Source of the DNA: Chiloscyllium plagiosum
Lineage: Eukaryota
Reading direction: 5' to 3'
Assembly (NCBI RefSeq): GCF_004010195.1
Contig: NC_057719.1
Coordinates: 73,832,928-73,896,927, forward strand
Length of the DNA: 64,000 nt
How positions within the stretch are numbered: the first letter of the stretch is position 1; the number at the start of each line of letters is the position of its first letter. Positions 12,986-25,713 of the stretch are shown piece by piece. The position numbers and the translations under genes are program-made. The notes beneath the pieces were generated by a model. That model was given only the letters and a program-made list of their open reading frames with translations, made no database searches and was not told the DNA's origin.

Positions 12986-13110
12986 ATGTTCTTTCGCTCC
13001 CTCAAGTTTTCCATGCCCCTTTCTATTCAGGTAGCACATTACCTCTATTGGCATTTCAACCCGAGGCAGAATTGCAATCAACTGAACCAATGGTGTGTGA
13101 AGTGCCAGGT

Positions 13111-13772
13111 CATGGAGTCATAGAGACGTACAGCAGGGAAACCGACCCTTCAGTCCAACTCATCCATGCTGGCCAGATATTCTAAATTAATCTAGTCCCA
13201 TTTGCCAGCATTTGGCCCTTATTCCTCTTAACCCTTCCTATTCATATGCTCATTCAGATGCCTCTTAAATGCTGTAATTGTACTAGCCTCCACCAGTTTC
13301 TCGTTCCACACACACACACCACCCTCTGTGTGAAAAAGATCCCCCTTAGGAATCCTTTTAAATCTTACCCCGTCACCTTAAACCTATGCCCTCTAGTTAT
13401 GGAGCCCCTACAATGGGGAAAAGAACTTGGCTATTCACCCTACCCATGCCTCTCATGATTTTATAACTATCCATAAGGTCACCCCTCAGCCTCCACTGCT
13501 CCAGGGAAAAGAGCCCCAGCCTATTCAGCCTGTCCCTATAGCTCAAACCCTCCAATCCTGGCAACATCCTTGTAAATTGTTTCTCCACCCTTGCAAGTTT
13601 AACAACATCTTTCATATAGGAGGGAGACCAGAAATGAATGCAATATTCCAAAAGTGGCCTTACCAATGTCCTGTACAGCCACAAAATGACCGCCCAACTC
13701 CTGTACCTAATGCACTGACCAATAAAGGTCAGTGTTCCGAACACCTTCTTCACCACTCTGTCGACTTGTGAT
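13111..13772 (-). mobile_element. CR1 LINE 3' end
   Basis: ORF with LYRTLVRPLLEYCIHFWSP...RLRGDL; tail GAGTCATAGAGA. Confidence 0.92.
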
Positions 13773-14103
13773 TCAGTATCAAATTCCACATGGTGCCTGG
13801 CATCTGCAGCAGGCATATGTGTGATTTAATTTCTGTTACAGTGGCCAATATGCATGGCATGAACTGCTTACATGATTTATGCAACGTCCATAGATACATC
13901 CCTACACCGTTCTGTCCACATGGGTTCTGCCTACCCAGACTTGTTGTTAGGTGGCTGTATTGCAGATTTGAAGCTGCTCTACTGTTCTATGGAGCTGAAA
14001 ACTTTAAGTCATGTCGTTGCATAACAATTTGAGTTAATGCAGATAAGGGAAGTAAGGCTGGAAGTAACTACTGTAATGTTACATACTTTAGGTCTGCACA
14101 AGA

Positions 14104-14619
14104 TGTTATGGACCAGGCCAGACCCCCTCAAAACATTTCAGGAAGGTAGCCCAGACCCTAACATTTCTAGTTGTTTGAGCAGGTGTAATGTGGATATTCC
14201 AGGAGGGATCCAGCTGGTCAATATCCATCAGTTTTAAACAAAAGAGAATTTATTTACAGAGTACAGAATGAAACACAAACAAAAGAGAACAGAATACAGA
14301 ATAATTTAACCTATCGAAAAACCCAACAGATTATCCCAACTTCACCATGCTGAGATGGCAGAGAGATTCAGTATGGTACACCTTATTTCATGTATCTATT
14401 TCTTTTGGATTCCCAGCTAACAACTGACCAGAAACCAAACCAGAGAAATGCTGAGTTGGGAGAACCAGCCTCTCCTCTTTCACTGTGCAAGTGTTTTTTT
14501 TAAACTTAAATGCTTTTTCAAGTACATAAATGCAGACAAAATGGAGCCTCTGTCTTTACGACCCTTCTGAGAAAAAACCAAGGACAATCTAACCTTGTTA
14601 AAGGAGCATCGTCATCACA
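14104..14619 (-). mobile_element. Probable solo LTR
   Basis: Bounded by TGTTA...TCACA, about 515 bp, with a minus-strand AATAAA near 14250. No clear TSD. Confidence 0.55.
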
Positions 14620-14899
14620 ATCTCTGAGTTTGGCATCACAATCTCTCTAATTGGTTGACCTGGTTTTTCTAAAGACAACAAGTCTACCTTAATTGCTTAA
14701 TACTTGGACGTCATTGATAGGGTGACTGGGAATTTCACGGCAATGAAGCCCACATGAGCATAATGACTCTGTCAATCTCATCTGCTCATCTGAGATCTGA
14801 AAGCTGGATTTTGTGGTCTTTGCAATATCCAGTGTTTCCGCCATTTTTTGGTATCACATGGAGTGAATCAAATTTTCTGAAGACCTCAGGAGGATGAGG

Positions 14900-15240
14900 C
14901 TGGGTTCTGCATTTCTGCATTTCTGGCTGAAGATGGATGCATATGCTTCAGCCTTGTCTATTGCACTGATGTGCTGTACTCCATCATTGTTGAGGGTGGG
15001 GATATTTGTGGACTTTTTTGTTTAAATGTCCACCACCATTCATATCTGTGTATTTGAGCTGTAAATAGACCCGGAATGTCCTTAGAGAGGTAATTCCAGG
15101 CCTTTGACCCAGCAATACTGAAGGTAAGATGATATATTTCCATGTCAGGTCTGCGAGTAGGTTGGAGGGGAACTTGTAGGTTCCCGTGTATCTGATGTCC
15201 TTGTCCTTCTAGGTGCAAATGGTTGTGGGTTTGGAGTGAT
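14900..15240 (-). mobile_element. LINE 3' fragment of the family sharing its tail with the GGCAATAAATGCTGG SINE (related pieces at 600-710, 22915-23060, 29225-29400, 60545-61022)
   Basis: Similar minus-strand peptides HLEGQGHQIHGN (here) and HLERQGQCIHGN (60.8 kb); reversed tail CCAGCATTTAT at 22950 and 60583. Confidence 0.6.
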
Positions 15241-16464
15241 TGTTGTGTGATGTTCTGTCACTTTGGAAAAGTATTAGTGATTATGTTGTATTACTTAAGG
15301 ATGAATTAACCCAGTAACAGTGTTGTTGAGAGGAAGTATGGTGCTGTTATAGCAACAAAAAATGGTTTAGTGATTCTACCAGCAACTGTGTTAACCTGAT
15401 GCTTAATATGAATGGACACAAATCACACTGTGATGCATTTGTTTATCACAGGATATTTTGTCTAGAAATTTAAATAGTTATTAGTTGCATATTTAAAAAG
15501 AAAACAAACATTCATGCTCCACATAACTAGTGCAACCATGTGGAGCTGATTTTCAACATATTAGAATTAACATATGTTTTATATAAGTAGTTGAACACCC
15601 TACATCTCAATTAGTTCCAATTATCTGGAACCAACTTAACTTAAAACAAAGTATCCTGTTAAAAGAGTATGGAGACCTCCCAAGCACTCAAATAGTGCAG
15701 ATGCAGGCTAAGAGAAGTTAGATTTCTCAGATGAATGGGTACATGCATAAATAATAAGAGATGACGGCATATTGTTTCTGCTTTACTGTTTAAATCCAAC
15801 TACCTCAGTACTGAACTGTGTTTCAACTTCAACTCTGTCTTAAACTAACAGCGAGTCAGTTTGGGTGGTACACAGTGAAAGAGAAAGTAGCCCGACTGCT
15901 CCAGTTTGTAAGCTTTGACTTCCCTGCCAAGGTGGCAAGTTTATTCTGCCCTCAAATGACTTACAGATTTGTTTGTGCTCTTTAAGTCAGTTCCTGGCTG
16001 TTTTCATGTGGAGAAATGCCCCACTTAGATAGCTCAGGGGAATGATGGTGTTAATAAAAACACAGTAAAAGTCCTTAGGAAAGAAAAAGTAATTTGGAAA
16101 ACAGCTATTGAACCTGTGACATATGCTTGTGCAAAAGTTGAGTTTATAAGATCAGTCAGAGTTTTGCATGAGTAACATTTTTTAAAGAGATTGAAATCCG
16201 CCCTCTCTCAGCATCTCGTTTCCATCAGAGATCTGCATCAGTTACCTTGTGTGCAATTGGGGGTGCTTCATTACAGTTACCAACATAGCATTACTTGCAC
16301 CACAGAGTACTGCTTCTCACATATCTGCCAGGGTTCACATTAACTAAAAAATGTTACAACGCTGCAGTTCACTCATCACGTCGTGGACATTTCATTACAG
16401 CTAGAAGAATATACACATCTGACAGCTATTCACCAAAGCCTTGCATGGGACAAGAGCGCTTCAA

Positions 16465-16890
16465 CATTAGTTGGGGCTGTTTTTCCTGAAGCATCGGAGG
16501 CTAAGGGGTGACCTTATAGAGGTTTACAAAATCATGAGGGACATAGATAGGGTAAACAGACAAGGTCTTTTCCCTGGGGTTGGGGAGTTCAGAACTACAG
16601 GGTATAGTTTAGGGTGAGAGAGGAAAGATATAAAAGAGACCCAAGGGGCAACCTTTTCACACAGAGGGTGTTACGTGTATGGAATGAGCTGCCAGAAGAA
16701 GTGGAGGAGGCTGGTACAATCACAACATTTAAAAGGCATCTGGATGGGTATATGAAAAGGGCGGGTTTAGAGAGATTGGGCCAAGTACTGGCAAGTGGGA
16801 CTAGATTAGTTTGGAATGTCTGGTTGGCATGGACAAGTTGGACCAAAGGGTCTGTTTCCATGCTGTACATCTCTATGGCTGTATGACTCT
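16465..16890 (+). mobile_element. CR1 LINE 3' end
   Basis: FTQRVLRVWNELPEEVEEAGTITTFKRHLD; tail CTGTACATCTCTATG. Confidence 0.92.
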
Positions 16891-18046
16891 AAATGTTGGC
16901 CTTTGAGTCCAGCCCTGCTTGCCTGCCCTGGGTAGGTTTGCTGGCATCAGGCAGTACAGTTGCCTCATTTCAGCAGGTTAAACCTAACACTGTAAACACT
17001 TCACAACAAACTGGATTGCTTATGACTGAGACTCCTCAAGGGCTGCTCAACATGGAGCAGCTTCTCCACTCATTTTCTTTGCAAAACAAAACAGCTTTGT
17101 CATGAGGAAGCCAAATTGCTGAAGGTGTTTGCACTCACCAGAGCTTGGAGGAAGAAGTCTACAAGAACTTTTTACCAGGTATAGCCTCATATATAACACA
17201 CTATGGACAAATGGGTATTTATTTTTGTCTCCTACCTTATTAAGTTCCCTTTGTCTGCCTTTCTAAAAGCTCTGGAGGGGGTGGAAGTATTATTTTGTTC
17301 CTTGTCAAACCCTTGTTGTTTTCTTTCTATAATGTTTACTCTTGCACATGATCATTTATTTTCTAGCCTCTTACTTGTTTACCTTTACTCCTTTAGAATA
17401 TGTACCCCACATGCTGTGGTAGCCATGCTGATGGTTATTACTATGTAAATAGTATGGTAATTTGTAGCCAATAATGAATACTTCTTGAGTTGCCATTCAC
17501 TGCAAGTTGCTGAGAAAGGCAACAACTGAAACTATTGAAACCCTACAGTAGAAAATTGTTCCTAGAGGTTTTACAATTTTAACGTTTTTTTTTCTTCACT
17601 TTTCCTTCTCTTTAACATCAGGAAAACACATCATGTCTTCAAAATTTCCACGTGAGCTTCAAGAAATTGGTAAATTTGCATCAAAATTATAAATAAATGT
17701 CACGATGGAAAGTTAAGGCTGTCAGGACTGTTTTTTTAATGACGGGCTTTATGTAAATTCAATGGTATGCTATCTCTCCAAATTGGAAAGATAACAATTG
17801 TAGATTCTTATCCTGCTCTTATTTCCTGATATTTTTTGAAATTTTTTGTTTCTATTTTTACTTCTTTCTCTCATTCTTGGTCCATAATTTCTTTTGGACT
17901 CTTTCTTTCTGTTTTTCAAATGTAATACTAATTTAATCCTATTTCCTTCCCTGCTGTTTACTCTCTTTCTTTCTCTATCCTTAAATATCATTGTTTAAAA
18001 AAATTGATTCTTTTGAGTCATTATGAACCAAGATACAAAGTGCCCT

Positions 18047-18362
18047 ATTAGATTAGATTCCCTACAGTGCAGAAACAGGCCCTTCGGCCCAACAGGTCCA
18101 AACCGACTCTCGAAGAGTAACCCACCCAGACCCATTTCCCTCTGAATGATGCACCTAACACTATGGGCAATTTAGCTTTGCCAATTCACCTGACCGGCAC
18201 ATCTTTGGACTGTGGGAGGAAATCGGAGCAACCGGAGGAAACCTACGCAGACATGGGGAGAATGTGCAAACTCCACACAGTCAGTCGCCCGAGGCTGGAA
18301 TTGAACATGGGACCCTGGTGCTGTGAGGCAGCAGTGCTAACCACTGAGCCACCGTGCCACCC
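18047..18362 (-). mobile_element. HE1-type V-SINE
   Basis: Same core as the other copies; (AGATT)n tail. Confidence 0.92.
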
Positions 18363-19934
18363 CTATTGGCCTACTTCAACCCTTGCAGAAAATTGTGATG
18401 CAAGCATTTTGAGATGAAGTGGTGGGATGCATCCAACTCTCAAAGCGCACAATGAAAGCCCAGTTTCAGTAAATATTTGACCCATTAAATTGTCTCCCAA
18501 ACCTCCAAAGCAAGGCTTTGCTTCCAAAGTACTGTTCGTATACTGGATAATATATCGTATGGCAGTTATATATAAAGGCCTGCCAACAAATGCAAGCAAG
18601 AAAGGCAAGACTGGTGGTTTTCTGTATCATACTGTATACTCACCCATACTAAGTAGCCACAAAGCTTTGCTCATTCATTGGAAATAGAAGTGGAATTCAA
18701 TCACATTGCTCTTTAGCCAGATCCAAATACACTGTCAGCCAATACCTGAATTCATCTTGTTGACTAGTCTTCTCAGCTGAGAAATTGTGTACTGTGTGAA
18801 ATAGACACTGTGTGTTGAAACACTAAAATCTTGTTTTTGTAAGAATAATCTTTAGGATTCATATCTAGTTACGTTATTATTGGTCATAATGTTTTGAATT
18901 TTATGTCCATTTTTATGACAACATTTAACAGAAGCCTGTGCCTGCATTACAATGCTTCAATGTTGACACATCCTCAACAGTTTCTTTCTCAATAATGATT
19001 TTGTTTCAAATTGTTTTTCTAGAAGGGTTATGCACACATCCATAGGCCCACTATTATTGCAGTAGCGTGTCTGCGTGACATTCCTCAAGTACTTTTGGAT
19101 GGCTTATTGTATAGAAAGTACTTTGGAATATTTATTTGAACCAATAATCCAGGAACACTTTTTTAGCAAAGAGAACTGAATTGAAATTTGAAGTTTACTT
19201 TATGCTAAAGGGAACTGATAGTGTTAAGCAACAAAGTTAGTCATTGAAAAGCTGAAAAGAAAAGGGGTCCCAATTAAAATTTGAACATTAAGATTAAGAG
19301 GAGTACTAGCACTTTTTGTACACAAAAACTACCGCTCAATTCTGATCAAACTCAGCTCCATAGACATATCATTGAGGTGAAACTTTAATTTTGTTTCATT
19401 CTCCACAGATGCACTCTATCTGAGTGCTTTTCAGTTTATGCTTCAGATTTCCAGCATCCAGAATATTTCACTCTTGTTACAGATTGGTCAGTGAAGGACA
19501 TTAATTATCTGAACTAAAGGGAATATATTTGGATTTAAGTTCAGTATATGTTCATGCTACTAATATGTGACATAAACTTAACAGAAAATATTACTAAAAC
19601 ACCATGTCTCTTTTCAGTAATTTATCAAAAGCTAAATAATAACATGTTTAAAACATTTGGTTAGATAGCTAACCACATAACATGCAATTTTAATTTGTCA
19701 TCTGATTCTTCCCATGCATGCACTGCTAGCTATAAAACGTTTCTCACTGAAACCACTTATCGGCTTTTTGATTTAGATGCAGTTTCTAATGGTTTAGACT
19801 CATTTTATTTTCAAAAATCAGCAACCATGATGATATGTATAGATGTTTCCATTAATGAACATTAATGTCTGGATTTTATCTAAAAGAATATTCCGTGCAG
19901 TTGGGCTGTTTTGAGAATGAGAAAGCTAGAAGTA

Positions 19935-20249
19935 CAAGTTGATAAAGTGTGGCGCGAGAAAAAGCATAGGCAGGAGGCTGGAAGAACACAGCAAGCCAGG
20001 CAGAATCAGGAGGTGCAGAAGTCGATGTTTCGAGTGTAACCCTTCTTCAGGACTGGATAGAAAAGGCACAACAGGTCAGGCAGCATCTGAGGAGCAAGAG
20101 AATTGACATTTCGGGGATAACCCTTCTTCAGAACTCCAGGAAACATCAACTCTCCTGCTCCTTGGATGCTGCCTGACCTGTTGTGCCTTTTCCAGCCTCA
20201 CACTTTATCGACTCTGACTCTCCAGCATTTGCAGTCCTCACTATCTCCT
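19935..20249. mobile_element. Palindromic non-autonomous Penelope-derived element with 13-bp TSD
   Basis: AAAGCTAGAAGTA at 19922-19934 and 20250-20262; long inverted arms; two hammerhead-like cores on the minus strand. Confidence 0.8.
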
Positions 20250-23200
20250 AAAGCTAGAAGTATGTGTTTGCTGAATGTCCTAAAGATTTCAGATGTTTTT
20301 TTTCCCTGTGTTTCCCAAACACTGCCAGCCTAATGATAGTCAGGCCTGTTGGGAGGAATATCTTGCAGCACAATGTTGGCATGACAGCATGGGGTCTGAT
20401 AGTGGAGTAGACATGGGGAGTGATGAGCAAGGTTCAGAATGTAGGGATTTCAACAAGAGGATGAGTGTTTCTGGTCAGGGGTTACATTGCATTTGAATGT
20501 GGAGAAGAGTTCCACATATGAAGATTTCTGAATGTGGGGGGCTGTCAATTGGTGGTTAGGTTGGGGCTGCACTGCCGATAGTGAGTTGGGAGAGGAAAGG
20601 TCATGAAACATGGTTTACTAGTTAGCCTGTTGGAGCCAGAAAGAAACAAATCGGTGTTTATGGATTAAGACTGCTTTACCTGCTTTCAACAAGACTTCCC
20701 AAGGCCTGAGGAACTCAGCCAAATGGAGTTCGAAATAGTAGCATTAAAATTAAGTAGTGTCATTATAATAGATAGATGACAAGACATCTGGGAAGACTTG
20801 CCTGTCCGTCATTCTACCTTTCATTAAAACCAGAAGAGGCAAGTTTAAATTTCTATTTCAGCATTTATGAATTTTAATCGTTGACCCGATTCAACTCATC
20901 CATCTCATCCAATTCATGGCTCAGAACTTGCTACCAAAATAATCATGTGTTCACTGTTGCTCGCTGTTACTCAGGTAGAGCGTAAATATTCTGCAAGTTG
21001 TATTAAGGAAAGATTGAGAAACATCACTAGCTTTGATAAAATGGTTGTTCCCTCTTAATATCCCTTTCAATTTTTTGCAATGTTGAATTTTCACTTTAAT
21101 TACCCATGATACACAATCTAGAAAATTAGGGCTAATAGCAATCTAAGTACCGTTTTTTAGTGAGGAGATTACTGCAAAGCAAATTAACCACAGCAGCACA
21201 GAAAAGCAAAAAAAAAATGTGTGTAGTGGTATTTGTACAGGTGCGAAACTACTGTTGTTTATATTTTAAAAATTAAAGTTATAATTTTATCTTATTTTGC
21301 CTTTGTCTCTTTGCTCACTCTTAATCCAATCATTCCTTCCTTTTTATTATTTCTGTACAGCTTCGACTCCAGTTCAACATGTTTCTCAGTCATTCTGTTT
21401 CATTCTTGATCTGTAAATCTTGTTGATTAAGGAGATATACTGTTGGTCCTGTCATTCACTAACTCCCCAGCTGTTTGGAGACTCTCACTGTGATGTTATC
21501 AGCCTCCACTTCCAGTAACTTGTAGGAAAAATATTTTCAAGATGAAAGATTGGGCAAAATGGTTACCTAATAAGGCACAGCCTGAAATGCCCTGCTCTGA
21601 GGTTTGCAATATGTACATGGTTGCAAACTCAACAATATATCTTCTATAAATTACTGTATACAGTCTAATTTGATTGAACAGCAAAGCCATAAAGGGGACT
21701 CTATCAGTGATTAACTTACCAGTAAGTTTAGGAAATTTCCTTAATGAGCTGATGAGCCTTTGTATGCTTCTTGCTGTTTTTGAAATACAATGATTGTTTA
21801 GCATTAGGGAAAATGTCAGTCATGCCCACAAATAGAGACATCAAACTGTAGGCAGGATTCTAAGTTATTTATTGCTTGAGGGAAAGGAAGGGAGCATTTC
21901 TTATGCATTTAGTAATAAAGATTAAAGCTTCACTTTCAATTAAGTGTTTAATTTAAAAATTCTTTTGAACAATGAATAAAATACCTTGTTTGAAATTTAG
22001 CAGGATAATTTCACTGACATACCATGGCTTCATCATAATTTAAGTTTCTAATATTCCATGAAAAGTTGGGCTGAGAGAAGAATCTCTTTATAATAAAAAA
22101 AGGAAGCGGAGGCTAAGATTGCAAACGAGGAGTGAGTAGATCAGTACTGTGTATTGTGTGGCATAATGATGCTGAATAACATTACGGATAAATTCAGATG
22201 GAGCAAAAACATGGGATTTCAGCTGATTGCTGTTGATTCTCAGAGGCTTTATGCACAATATTAGTCAAAGTACAGCAGCGATTTTCCAATGTGTGGATGA
22301 TCATTTTTTGAAACTGCTGTAGGAGAGTTAGATTCATTCTTACATGATAAGATCTGCATCAAAAGTGTTTCTAAAAGAGCTGACAACTTTCTCCTCCTCT
22401 AGTCATGCTTACTTAGTGATGTTCTTGACTACTGAGCTGCCAGTAGTAATTTGATAGGATGCCCAAAAGGGACTCCAAATATGTAAGTGTATTCTGCTAA
22501 TTGAATCCTGTTTGATATCTGTTCTCCAAAAGGACTGCTGAGGGCAAAAAAAATTATGCAGGGTGTAAATTGTGATGTGTGGTTCTTCTTACAGGAAATA
22601 TTGCTTTCTACTGGTCTGAGTTCAGACTGGGCAGTGTAATTTTGCTTCCATGACCTGACTGATAAATTCACGAGTGCATTTAGCATAAAGACTTGGCAAG
22701 CCTAAGCAGTAATTAACAGGCTAACACTTCCTTCACTTTCCATTCCAATTATAGACAGATGGAAAGTTCCATTTTCTCTGGTTTCTGGTCAGCTGTAGCT
22801 GTCTCCTTTCTGATGTATCTTTTTTAGTACTTGTTACCCTCTCTGATATAGTTTTAGTTGCCAAGATCTTCTTGTGCACATCCCTTCTCACTCTGACAAT
22901 TGGCTCTCTTTCACATTCTTTCATGGGGTATGGGCATCATTAGCTAGGCCAGCATTTATTGTCCATGATGATGGTGAACAGCTGCACACCACGGCAGGTG
23001 AGTACACCCGCAGTGCTGTTAAGGTTGGGCTGAAACCATTGACTGTAATGGTATCCTAACACTTAATCTTCTATGTCCGTGGTTTGAAAAGTGTAGCGCC
23101 CCACTGCATTTAAATGCAACACAAGAGCTCAAATAAGCAGCAATCACTGCCATTGTAAAGGAGAAAATTCTGAACTCCAAATAGCGTGACATTTTTAGTG

Positions 23201-25713
23201 AATTTGAGGGTAAGGCGGTTCCCCTGACGTCCGCTATGTCAGTCAACAATCACTCAAAACCAGAATCATGCACTATCCTCCTCGTAAGAGTAATATCTGC
23301 CTTTTCCTCTCCCCAATTATTTTTTTCTATTGATCCAAAATCAAGCTGGATGAGAAGGGCAATTCTACTTCCTATCCTACTTAATCAGATCCTTCCATCT
23401 CCTCCTCAATTCTTATTACTGGTTCAAGGGTGGGAGTATCATGACTTTCTACACTAAAGGATGAATGAACCGACATTAAGAGCAATATTGTCAATTCTGG
23501 ATGTCCCAAACTGCCTTGTGGTCAGTGAATGCATTTTCAAACCTTTCCTCTCTGGGAATTCTGGCTTATTTTTACACAAGGAGAAGTCCCATAAACAGCA
23601 ATTGAACTTTCAATGGCTGTTTTGAGAATCTGAGGTGAAAAGCAAAATAAATGTGGAGGAAATAAGCTGGGAAAAGAAAAGACAAATATTGCCTTACCCG
23701 GGAACAGTGCATGATGTTGTTTGGGCACCCGATCTGATTGTGCTTTCCAAACTGAAGCCTCTTTGGAGTATTTTTTCAACAGAGGCCTACTGGAGTTGCA
23801 TGTCTCCAACAGTGTAACATTTGCCAGCTGTGGTTGAGGGCAGAACCCGGAATAGCTGCATTGGAGTTGAATACTTTCCAGGCTGTGACTGTCAAGTTGG
23901 CAGATTGAATTGTAACTGGATTGATTCTATCATAAAAATGTTTTGGTGCCTTCAGGAGAAGGGTATAAGAAAATTTGAATGGGGAAACGACTAGGCAGAC
24001 CAGGACTAAAGCAAAGACAAAACCTGTTACCACAGGTTGGTCAGTGCATATCCTCTCATTGCTTTGCCCTTTTTGAAAAGTCTTGCTTTCACTTGCTGGG
24101 GACCTCCCTTGTTATGATTGCTTTTCTTTTTAAATATGAGGAGGAAATGCAGTGGTAGTATTGGACAAAGTCTAGCCAAAAACAAAACACATAAAAGTAA
24201 CTTGACTGCTAAATATAGAAAGGGAATGGTCTGCAGGAATGGGATAGACCTGGAGCAGAAGCTGACAATGATGACTCACCCTGCTACAGATTGGAAAACA
24301 GTTTACTCATTCATAAGTTCACAGCAAATTCTGTGTACTCTATTCTGCAATATCAAATGATGATTTCAAACAGGAAATTTGAGCTGCCACACCTTACCAC
24401 AAATCTAACAATCATGTTTCCAAATCAAAACATCTTTAGGACAGAACTCCAATACAATCTTTATGAGGCTTGGGCTTACGACAGATTAACAGTTGTCAAC
24501 GAGTTGTGGGAAGCATTGAGAACAGTAACCTAATGAATGTTTCTGATCTAACTGAATGTGATTGTCATCTGCAGAATTAGTCACTATAGCTTCACCGATT
24601 TGACATAAGAACTATATTATATTATTATCATGCTTCAAGTTCATTCTACCCAGCTGAAGAACTCGTGACATATATCTGTAGAAACATATGGGAAATGCAG
24701 AAAATAGGGCTTGGATTCAAAATACTTGGCGAAATATTAAAGATAAGTCAGAACATTTTTTTAAAATCTAAGGCTCTGATCTTCTCTCCAGTAGGCCCTA
24801 AATACTTCAATTGATTGAGTCTAAACTTTACTTTGCATATGTGTTTAACTAATTCAAAACACAGCATTTTTAGATGGCTGGCAAAGAGTGTTTGCAGAGG
24901 TTATAAGAATAAAAGTATTGATTGTGAAGGAAAAAAATGACTTAATGGGTGTATGGTGGGAATTCAACTCATAATAGGGAACAAAGAATTGGCTGGCAAA
25001 TTAAATTCATGCTTCACTTCTGTCTTCACAAAGGACGAACTTGAATAATGCTCCAGAAATGATGGGGAGTACTGGGTTTACTGAGATGAAGGGGCTGAAA
25101 CAAATCTGTAACAGTCGAGAATGGTGATGGAGAAATTGATGAGATTGAGGGCTGACAAATCCCCAGGGCCTGATAACCTCCATTTCAGAGTACTGAAGGA
25201 AGTGACCCTCGAAATTGTGCAATACATTGGTGTTCATCTTCCAGGATTGTTTCGACTCTGGAGCAGTTCCTACAAATTGGAAGGTGGTTAGAACATAGAA
25301 CATAGAACAATTCAGCACAGAACAGGCCCTTCGGCCCACGATGTTGTGCCGAACATTTGTCCATTATAACACTCTGTTGTACCCGGGGAAAAAGTTTCTG
25401 ATTGTCTACTCTATCTATTCCCCTGATCATCTTATACACCTCTATCAAGTCACCCCTCATCCGTTCCAATGAGAAAAGGCCTAGCACGCTCAACCTATCC
25501 TCGTACGACCTATTCTCCATTTCAGGCAATATACTGGTAAATCTTCTCTGCACCCTCTCCAAAGCTTCCACATCTTTCCTAAAGTGAGGCGACCAGAACT
25601 GCACACAGTACTCCAAATGTGGCCTAACCAAAATCCTATACAGCTGTAACATCACTTCACGACTCTTGAATTCAATCCCTCTACTAATGAACGCTAATAC
25701 ACCATAGGCCTTC

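Noticed and set aside
17095..17178. Possible 84-nt host exon (CAG|LCHEEAKLLKVFALTRAWRKKSTRTFYQ|GT)
   Set aside because: Weak splice context, unrecognised peptide and no partner exons; not supportable without RNA or homology data.
23697..23810. Minus-strand exon ending at GG|GTAAGG
   Set aside because: No recognisable peptide in any frame and no convincing acceptor.
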